From: Paramecium tetraurelia
Lineage: Eukaryota
NCBI GenBank assembly: GCA_000165425.1
Contig: CT868341.1
Coordinates: forward strand, 124,001 to 188,000
Reading direction: 5' to 3'
DNA: 64,000 nt
A program made the position numbers and the translations under genes. The notes under the pieces were generated by a model. It was not told the DNA's origin, did not search any database, and saw nothing but the letters and a program-made list of their open reading frames with translations. Within the stretch, counting starts at the first letter, position 1. Every line of letters begins with the position of its first letter. Positions 54,388-64,000 of this stretch are shown here, piece after piece.

Positions 54388-55185
54388 ATGAGTTTGAGAT
54401 TAGGACTTTTAAGATGGGTAAATGAAAAATGCCCATAAATGAAGGCTAGTAACATTGAAAGTATGTCAGACGGGAGACATTTCTTATGTTTACTTAGAAG
54501 ATACTTTCCAGAAATCGAGGTTCCATAATTTAAAAAAAATATATCAATAGTTTCTCGTATAGAAACTCTTACATTAGTAGCTCGCTATTGTTCAAAACTA
54601 GACAATTCAATAAAGATTGATGTTTTGAAAATAGCAAACAAGGAGTCTCATATGATTCTAAATTTACTTAAGTTTATAAAATCAATTCTAGATAAAACTC
54701 CAATAAAAAAATAAAATATCAAGGAAGAAATCCCAACTATAATTAAAGGGTACAAACAAGAGTGCCAAAAGATAAATGAAGAGATTGTAATAATTCCAAA
54801 TCCAAAAAAATAAACAGTTGATTAGGAAATATAAACTATGGCAATTTAAGAAGTGAAACCTTTACAAGTTTTATAAGAAAAAATAAAAAAAATTTTATAA
54901 TCCAAATTGCAGAGCCCTCATTTAGAATTAGAAATACTCTAATTGTTAGAGAAAGATAAGGAGGTAGCTATTCTCTAACTAAATTATTAAATGAAAGCAT
55001 CTAGAGCAAGTCTGAATCCATCAAAACTCACAGAGTTTATGTCCATTCATAGTAGTTAGTTTTATAATGGAGGGGAATAGAATTTACTTGAACCTGAATA
55101 ATGTTTTTATCAGAATCAACCAAGCAAAAAGAACATAAATGATGATAGTTTATTTCAAGTTAGTGATGAAAAATAACATTATTGA
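54388..55185 (+). CDS. Calponin-homology (CH) domain protein, EB1/CAMSAP-type CH-like
   Basis: LLRWVNEK...NIESMSDGRHFLCLLRRYFP...IDVLKIANKESHMILNLLKFI; intronless, 265 aa. Confidence 0.75.
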
Positions 55186-55562
55186 TTAATTTATGTATTT
55201 AATACTAAGTTTTCTAATATTTCATTTCATAAGGTCTGTAGGATAAGTAAAGATTATTGGTATATCCTTTCTTTTTATTAAAACTAATCAACTTTTATAA
55301 ATTTGGAACTAAATTCACACAATTAGACTAAATCTTATTTTTATATTATAAATAACCAATCTTATCAGTCCAGATTGATGTAGATAAGGATAAGAATCTA
55401 ATGAAGATAGATTCATCATTAAATCTAATATGAGAGGAAAGTGCAATTATGGTTTTATGTTTTAATTTACTTCAAATTGTTTCTGTTTATTACTTCATTT
55501 TAAAAATAAAGTCATTCTATATAATTAATAGTTAATCTTTAGAATTATTACTAATTAAAATA

Positions 55563-56656
55563 TCATAAAAGTTGATAAAACAATTCAATACCTTGTCCTC
55601 CTTCCCAAACAAAGTAACCTCTTCTGAAATCTTTAATTAAATCTAATCTTTATACAAGAAAATCAGGACAAGGATATGAAATAGAAATGAGTTCATTTTT
55701 GTATCTACATTCAGAAGAGGATCTGTCCCATTCTGTAAGGTAATTGGATGCATTCAGTTTAAGAAGTTCATTACCTATGAAATGAGTCTTATCACGCTCA
55801 GTTTTTTTGAATCCATAAAAAGGAAGTCCCTATGAATATTAGAATTATATAATTACAAACAATAATTTCTCTTTGTAAATCATAAAGTGTTCTAAATTTG
55901 ATTGAATCCATGAGTAAGGTGATAATATTTAATCCTCTTCATCTTAGATTTGATAATCATATGTTTATATTAATGTATAATCTGCTATTTTGAATAATTT
56001 TTTTAGAGTAGAATGTTTGTATTGTGAAGGATCATAGATGCCAAACAATGTTAACACTAGCATTTTATTATTCAGTCTCGCTTTTAATTTTTGAAGGAAT
56101 ATAACTATATCATATGCATCTAAAGCATCAATATAAGATAAATAGGGTGTGTCTATCATAATTCCATGGAATTTATCTTAATATTATTACACTAAATTGA
56201 TGATTGATTCCAATAATTATGGATTATTGATTTGCTAAAGAATTGAGCTTTGTTATAATTCTATTTACACTCTAGGAATTATAGCAATTTAAGGATTGGC
56301 CTAAACTATTTCTTGCATCCACTATTCATTTACTGATTGTCTTCCATCAATAACATTATTATATCTAATATTAAACCACGCAGGACTAACCATATCAATT
56401 TTCTATGCATATTTTACAGTAAGTTTATATCCATCTTTATTCCTAATGCTACTATAATAAATTACCAAGGAGTGATAAAAAAGAAATTAGGAATTTAATA
56501 GTTTTTCGTTCCACTCTCTTACTTTCTAGCCTCTTATTCCTTTTCTTGAATTTCATCTAATTAAAACGGAACTGAATTCGTATATTAGATTATGTATATG
56601 TAATATAAAAGACTAGCCCCGATTATTCCAAAAAGTGCTATATTAAAAGTATTCAT
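55563..56656 (-). CDS. CHID1: Chitinase-domain-containing protein 1 homolog (non-catalytic GH18)
   Basis: N-terminal anchor, ITPW/NKDGY, VSPAWF, IIPRV, TYDY, GLPFYG, terminal WEGGQGIELFYQLL*; no DxxDxDxE motif. Confidence 0.8.
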
Positions 56657-56689
56657 ATTTAAAAAATATTTATTTTTGATCAATAATTT

Positions 56690-57675
56690 TATCAATCATT
56701 TAAAGTTTCTGTTAATAATAATGAAATAAATCTCAATACTTCATTGTTATGTTAATTTCAATATCAAGATTATTGAATCTATCCTTGTTATACATTCTTT
56801 TGATATTGAAATTCTCAATTCCTATTGATCAAAAGAGTTAGGAGCTATTTCCTTTGAAACTAATGCTTAATTATTTAGGATTATCAGTTAATTTAGTAGA
56901 AACTCATCCCTTTACTTTTTTGAATAATTCACTTAATTGTAAAATTAGTTATTCTTATATTGGTTAAAAACTAAAGCAATTAGAAATAGCATTAAAGATT
57001 TATTTAAATTTTATAATATTCTAATTATGTAACTAGTTTAATATTTTGCTAATGTTTCTAAAGATTTATTTCGAAAACAAAATTGAAATACTAACTAAAT
57101 TTTGAGTTTAATAATGTAATCAAAAACAAAACAATTAATTTGCATAAAAATTTACTTTCTTATTCAAATACAATAAGATTGTTATCTCTCTCCAAATATT
57201 TATTATGATTTTGATGTATTTTTTTTGGTGAGTCATATGTTTTTTAAGAGATTAAATTTATTACTAACTCTAAACTAAATCGATTATCAAATTTTAATGA
57301 AGACTGCATTAGTATTGAGATTAAGTAATATTTTCATAAGTTAAAGAACTATTTGAAAATGTTGGTTTGGTTAGAATATATTTACTTAGGATAATTAAGA
57401 AGATTAATGATCTTTTTTTAATTTTTAACAATTTGATCATAACTATTATACAAACTAAGATTCTGCTTTAAACTTTAATGATATTTCAAATAGTATCATT
57501 AATTCAATTTAGAAATACTCATAAAATTTGAAATTCTTATTCAATGCTTTATTGTCTTTTCATTTCTTGAGTACTTAAATATTCTGAGATCCATTATAGT
57601 TGTGTAGTCTTTAGTAATTCATTTCTGAATTTCTTCATTTTCTGTTATGTATTTTATGTATAATAATCCCTCCAT
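56690..57675 (-). pseudogene. Probable decayed gene
   Basis: Coding-like stretches on the minus strand repeatedly broken by TGA; an intron-like GTATTT...GATAC lacks its AG. Confidence 0.3.
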
Positions 57676-57721
57676 TGAATAATTAATATATATATATGTA
57701 TTTGATTTTATACTGTAAGAA

Positions 57722-58251
57722 TCATTTTTTACCTTTGTTGGCTTTAGCAGCACCTTTTTATGCTTTTTGTTAAGCTTTGACTTCAGCTTTTTGTGCTACT
57801 TTTTATGCTGCAGCGGGTTTCTTCTTTTGAGCTTCAATTTACTTTTGTTTTCTGTCTTTAATTTCTCTTGCAGCTTATTCAGCTTATGCCTTTCTAGTTT
57901 CTAGTGGTCATTAGATAAATGTATTACTGTCATCTTCCTTTCTTCTTCTTCTGATTTCTTCCAATGAAATACCAACAATAGCTCTTTAGACTTTAAGATT
58001 TCTGATTCTTCTTTTCTTAGCTCCTTCATCGGTCTTTATCTTTTTGTTTAATCTTCTCCAAGCAACAGTCCATTGGATTTCTTGAGATTTAATCTGTATA
58101 TTATGAGATTGAATACTTTTCTTGCACTAAAAGCTCTACTCTTTTAATTCAAGTAATAGAAGAGTCTGCCATCCTTGGCAACGAATCTTCTTCCATGTCC
58201 AGGGTAGATTCTCCATTCACTAAAGGAGCACAAATCTGTCTTGATAACCAT
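57722..58251 (-). CDS. RPL24: 60S ribosomal protein eL24
   Basis: CSFSEWRIYPGHG...DGR...WTVAWRRLNKK...QRAIVGISLEEI; A/K-rich tail; two introns. Confidence 0.96.
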
Positions 58252-58300
58252 TATTTAAAAAATATTTAAATCTTAATTTTCATTCCATCACAGATATCCA

Positions 58301-59536
58301 TCACTCCTCTTATGCTTGTTTTTTGGTTTTCAATTTCCCTTGCAATTCATTAACCTCATCATCATCCTAAACCTATTTTGTACTTAACTTATCTAGTTCT
58401 TCTAAATTCTCTTCAATTTCTTACAATTTGTTGAGTTCAACCATTTCTTAGATTGATTTCTTTTCGTTGCCATCCTAAGAATTACTTTCATTCTATTCAT
58501 TTAGTTTCTCAATAAGTTCATTCTACTTTAATAAGGCATTGAGATCCTCAATAAGATCTACCTCTTCAATTTCGTTATCTTACAATCCCATATAAGTCAA
58601 ATATAACTCTTCTTTCTCCAACACATTAATAAATTCAAATAATGATTTGTCTGTAAGATGGTTATTCCATAAATGCAAAGTTCTTAAATACTTAAGATTC
58701 GGCCAAAGAATCTATGCTGCTGCATCTGAAAACCCAGTATTCCCTAAATTTAATTCTTCCAATATCTTGTTCTTTCTCAAACAGATGGCCATTTGTCTGA
58801 TAGTTTGCAAATCCATTCCGATATCATTCAAATATAAAATTTTGATTGTTTTGTTCTTCTTTAAAGCCTAAAAGAATGGAATCAATGATTTAGAAGTCAA
58901 AGGATTATTTCCAAAATGTAACACAGTAAGATTAGTTAGGCAATTAGCGGCTAATAGAGTGGAAAAACATATCAATCCTATTTGTCAATCGTATATAAAT
59001 ACCGAAATCAGAAATATTATTACCTGGTACTTATAATTATTGCAAATTCTTCAATTCTGGAAGTGAATAACAAAGAGAAATAAATGTACTATCATCAATT
59101 GAACAGGCACTCATGCTTAATATTTTCAATTATTTGAAACTACTTGAAATTTCAATGAATCCTTGAACTCCTATCTTTTATGATAAATATCGCTTTACTT
59201 CACTAATTTAGTTATTGCCAATATAAATTTCCTTTAATTTATCATGCCATTATAATCCTGTTAACATATCAATAAATCCTCGATCTGTAATCGAATTGGC
59301 TGCAATGTGAAATAATGTTAATTCTATTTGGCATTCATGTAGATAGAGAGCGATCTAATTCAAATTATGAACAATACAGTCAAAGCATCGAGATCATCTA
59401 ATTTCTTTGCACTTACATCTAAAAATTTACCACAGCTTTTCAATTCTTCCAACAACCAAATTTTTCTTTTTTCTACTTTCTCTTCAAATTCTTTCTTAAA
59501 TTGTTCTTCATCTATCTCTTTTTCATTTTGATCCAT
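58301..59536 (-). CDS. Leucine-rich repeat protein, RNase-inhibitor-like repeats
   Basis: Repeats such as LHFGNNPLTSKS, LNLGNTGFSDAA, LHLWNNHLTDKS, LTYMGLQDNEI. Confidence 0.8.
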
Positions 59537-60393
59537 TTTCAAATTAAATAATTATAAAACCTGTAAAATTATATTGAATTACAACTAATATATCCGATTA
59601 GTAGTTTCTTAAAAGTATACAATTAAAAAAAAATAAACAGAATAAAACCATTAAATAATATTACAAAAGTATATAATATTATAAGACATCCAGATTTCCA
59701 ATTAGTTAATATTTCATCATAATGGTTTACTATTTATTTATTTAGAAGGTAGGTTGAATTTGAAGTGAAGAGAAGATATATTCAAACTATTAAGAGAATT
59801 GAGGATAATTTATAATCATACAAATTTTACAATATGACAAAAAATAATCTATTAATATAAGAAATTAAATATTAATAATAAAAATTTTGATTCAATATTG
59901 AAAATTTATTTCACACAAATAGCCATAGATGTCTAATGATGCATATAATTAATTATCTTGACAATAGTTATAGATTCTATTGAGAAATTGTCAATTATGA
60001 ACTTATAATTTCAGATGCATTTATTGTATATCTAAAGACAAATTATTTAATTAATATACTATTATAACTGCACCTGCAGTGTAGCAGCTTGCTTAAGATA
60101 TCCAATTTACCTTAAAGGAAATAAGTAAAATTGCCATGATAAAAATATATGATAAAATCAGAAAAACCGCTTTGTTAAATTAAATAATTAAAATAAAAAA
60201 ATAAGTACAATTTATTAATTAATTAATAAATCCAAGAATATTGATTAAACTTTTGTCATCTCCAGTCATTTTAGAAACTGACACAAGTGAATAATTGATG
60301 AATTTTAGCTAGAATTTATTAAAAATTGGTATAGTATTTCAAAACATTATGATATATAAAATTTAGAGATTTGTTTATATTAAATTAATATTT

Positions 60394-62464
60394 ATGAATT
60401 TAGAATTAATAAAATCATACTTTCTTTACCTCGACAAGTTTGCCTGTCCAGTCTAATTGTTTATTTAAAAAAAGAGAGGATATTAAACATATTTAGGTGC
60501 TTTCACAACTCTAGGATGCGTTCTATCAATTCTATTCTACCTGACGAATAAACTCAGTCAAATTGATGATAGAACTGAATTTTAAACTCTATATTCTGAC
60601 ATCTTTCATTTAGAGCCTCCATATTATAAGTTAACAGAAGATAACTTCACATTGTAGTTTGCTTTTCAATATTAGAACAAAACAAATTATATTAACGAAA
60701 GCATATACATACCTGAGGCTTATCTTGTATATAAATAAATAACAGAGTAATCTATATAGCATAATAATAAGGGTTAATGGCAAGAAGAAAGAACAAAGCA
60801 ATAAAACACTGATTCCAATCTCAAAATGTTCAAAGAATGGAATAATCCAAGATGAGTTGGCAGAATAATTTGATGATCAAGACCTCTCTAACACTTATTG
60901 TCTAGATTGGAGTAAGGTTGACAGTTTGGCATTATTTGGGACTGACGATTCTCCAGAATATTAATATATCAATGTTAGTTTTACTGTTTGCTAGAATGGC
61001 TCAAGTAATTATTATATATATCTCAAAGAGCCTGGTATTGTTTGTGCAGATAGCGAGACAATTCAAAAGGTATTGAATAGAAATTATATTCACTTTTAAT
61101 TGACATCATACATAATTAATTTGAGGGATTTCACCCAACCATAAATTCCAAAAGTAGAAGATATTTACACAACCATCTCAGCCAAAGTCACAAAAGATGT
61201 TGAAATATTCATGTAACCTATCACTACATTAACAGATTTTGGTTATTTCTAAAAGGAACTTCGTAAGGATACTACACTCAGGTATTTTTCTGATAAAGAA
61301 ATTATTGATTTTAATACTGATACATCCTTGGCAAATGTTGTTATCCGTCTCTCTGACACTGAATAAGTAAGCTATAGAATCTATCCGAAAGTGTAAGATG
61401 TCTTAGCAGCAGCAGGAGGATTATGGCAAATCATTATTGCAGTAGCATTGTTTCTCTAAAAACCTTTTAGTGAATTAGCTTATAGCATTGAGATCATCAA
61501 CAAACTTTTTAATTTTGAATAAGATGAATCTGAAAAGCAAAAAAAGAATCCTACAACTAGTGATGAAATCAATGATCAGAAACCTTCTAGAACACTCTTA
61601 CCAACCTAAACAGAAATAAAAACTACTTAACCAACAGGACCTGATTAAAAACCATAATCTAAAATCAAACAAGTTGTTTCTAAACGATTCCCCTAGGGTC
61701 GATAATAAACCATTATCGGTAACAAATCTGGTGGTTTCATAGAACGATTAACTTAAAATGAAAAAATTAATGAAGCACGGTCTCTGTTCACTCTTGTATC
61801 ATCTAACATAAAAATGAAATTAAAAGAATATGCTCAGTATCTTACTTATAGACCAAAAAAGAAGAAGATGGATTAGTTGGATTATTCTATTAAGAAATAC
61901 GAATCGTTTCTGGATATACTCTTCATAATAGACAAATTGCAAGAGATTGATAAACTCAAATTAATTTTGTTCAACAAAGCCTAAATGAATCTGTTTGAAT
62001 ATCTACCAAAACCAACAATTTATTTAGATCCCTATAGTCCAGAATAAGAAGAATTATAATTTCATTCCTCAATTCTTTCTCCACAAAAATCATTTGAGGA
62101 GAAAGCAAAGCAAGCATCAGTTGCCTTTGAAGAACTTCTGGTAGATTTTGAAAATAATCCTCTCACACAAAAATTAATAGCTTGTCTGGACAAAGAAGTT
62201 GTGAATGTCCTTATATCTGAATATGAGGAAAGAAATAGACCTAGCAGAGCTAGATAACAATTTCTCTCAATTAGCAATGCAGTTGTAGCCAAAATTAAAT
62301 AGGATTAATAGTAAAGACAGTTTTAATATGAACAATTGACGAAGTAGACTGAATAAAAGAAGTTTCTTGATGGGACTGTTTAGAATAGTGCAATAAAAGA
62401 TAAATCAGATAATCGGGAAGGATCTTAAGATTCGATTCACTTTAAATCTCAGAAGGAATAATGA
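60394..62464 (+). CDS. Two-TM membrane protein with a large Cys-containing loop (copy A)
   Basis: LDKFACPVQL...YQTYLGAFTTL TM1; YCLDW; YRIYPKVQDVLAAAGGLWQII TM2; LDILFIIDKLQEIDKLKLILF...LFEYLPKP. Confidence 0.82.
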
Positions 62465-62491
62465 ATATCATCAAAATATATTTATTTTAAT

Positions 62492-64000
62492 TCATGATTC
62501 AATAGCATCTGGAGTGATGTATTTAGTTACTGATCTCTTTTTCAGATCCAATTAAATTTATAGAAGCTTAAAGATATTAGGATCCATTAAAGAAATAAGT
62601 TTGATAGTGATTGGATCATCCAAATTTTCAAGCAATTCATCTAAAACTTATTATGCTTCGTGAGCCTTTTCTTTCTAAGATTTGTAGGGTTTCAACAAAG
62701 AAGAATACATAACCGTTTCATTCTATTACAAATTGCTAGGATCTAAAGAAATCATTGGTTTTGGTAAGAAGTCAAAGAGTTGTACCTATTACTTTGTCAA
62801 TAAAATGGTTTTGAGTTTATCAATCTCCTATAATTTATCTATAATAAAGAGAATATCTAAGCACTTCTCCAATTTGTTTATCGAGTATTGCATTTACTTA
62901 AATTTTCCTTCCTTTTTTCTATGAAATCAAAATATAAAATTACCCACACTTTAAATATTTGATATAATCAAATGCACTCAGTCTTAATTTTAGAGTGGCT
63001 ATGTTAAATAATTTCCTTAAAGCAAACCTAATGCCCTTTTATATTAGTTTGTCATTTTCAGGTGAATTTGTAACCATTTAAGAAGATTTTTCAGTCTAAG
63101 CAGAATTGACTTATTCCATTTTTTAATTTTTGTTTTTGGTTCTACCTTTAGGGAACCTTATGGAACTCTTAATCTTTGATTAATTTAATATAATCGAAGT
63201 GTCATTTTCATGAGTCTAAATATTCTCTTATACCATAGTCAACTTCTTAAGTATTTATTTGCCTCCATCCTCAATATCATTTTACTATTTTTATCCTTCA
63301 AAATTAAACAGATTATTAATGACATCTAATTTATAAGACAAAGATTAGATAGGTTTCACCATTATAGTAAAAACGAGCATTAAAATTTCCCATAGACCAC
63401 CTGCTTAGGCTAAAATGTCCTAGAGCTTAGGATAAATTCTATAACTGATATTCTCAGTGTTTGCCAATCTAATCAAAACTGAAGCAAGAGCTTCATCGCT
63501 ATTAAAATCTATCACCTCTTAGGTTTTCAAATATCTAATTGTCGAATCCTTCCTCACCAATCCATTCAACAATCCTTCCTCAGTCAAAGTTGTTATTGGC
63601 TGCATGAATAAAGTAATATCCTTCATAACTTGACTTGAAATTGTGGTTTAAATTTCCTCGACTTTCGGAACATTTGGCTTTAAGTAATTTCTTAAATCAA
63701 TATTATATGAAGACAATTGGAATAAAATATAATTACGATGTAGTTTTTCTTAAATTTCTTCTTTCGACTTACAAACTTGGCTATTGACTAAATAGTAATT
63801 AAAAATTACGATTGCTAGTGTCATTCACACATGTTTCAAAGCTTATATATATGTATGTATAATTTTCTTATTCTGGTGTTCCAATCAAACTAAGACCTTT
63901 GATATTGTTCCAATCTAGACAATATGTATTTTCTATATCCACATTATCAAGTTGGTCTTCTATTTCTTCATAAGGTATTCCAATTTTAGCACATTTTGAT
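62492..64000 (-). CDS. Paralogue of the 60394-62464 two-TM protein (copy B, 5' end outside window)
   Basis: NTYCLDW, FMQPITTLT, YRIYPKLQDILAQAGGLWEIL, LDILFIIDKLQEIDKLKTILL...LFDFLPKP; same intron position after the CxN motif. Confidence 0.82.

Noticed and set aside
58301..59536. RanGAP1 assignment for the LRR protein
   Set aside because: I did not see the GRNRLE catalytic-region motif; kept as a generic RI-like LRR.
60068..60081. Inverted repeat ACTGCA-CC-TGCAGT in an AT-rich intergenic region
   Set aside because: 6-bp arms with a 2-nt loop are expected by chance; no associated element.

Overview
Gene-dense, AT-rich eukaryotic DNA from a ciliate, almost certainly a Paramecium macronuclear scaffold. 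Conserved proteins only read through if TAA/TAG = Gln and TGA is the sole stop (translation table 6), and genes are split by tiny 21-30 nt GT...AG introns. The supplied standard-code ORF track is therefore mostly fragments or antisense shadows. I re-translated the window by eye and recover about 45 protein-coding genes. Recognisable ones: HSL-type lipase (3' part), COX17, a C2H2 zinc-finger protein, an SV2/SVOP-like MFS transporter, SF-assemblin-like, LC8 dynein light chain, BCCIP/Bcp1, NLE1/Rsa4, V-ATPase B, RPL21, RPL24, NAA30, CAMK-like and NEK kinases, VAP/MSP, MORN-repeat, S28 peptidase, PP2C, GH27 alpha-galactosidase, MsrA, a TTLL ligase, three RING E3s, CHID1, a CH-domain protein, an LRR protein and a convergent pair of two-TM paralogues. 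There is one 186-N gap. The most notable observations are: a tandem longin-like protein whose two repeats share both intron positions; a long coiled-coil protein ending in an apparently dead kinesin motor; a Zn-ribbon + 3x p97/Cdc48-Nc-like + RING-H2 E3; BCCIP and NLE1 head-to-head only 22 bp apart; a COX17 with CS instead of CC and a myristoylation-like N-terminus; and two DEG/ENaC-topology-like paralogues. No CRISPR array, tRNA, rRNA or transposon was recognised. Gene boundaries are manual and may be off where splicing is ambiguous; no database searches were run.
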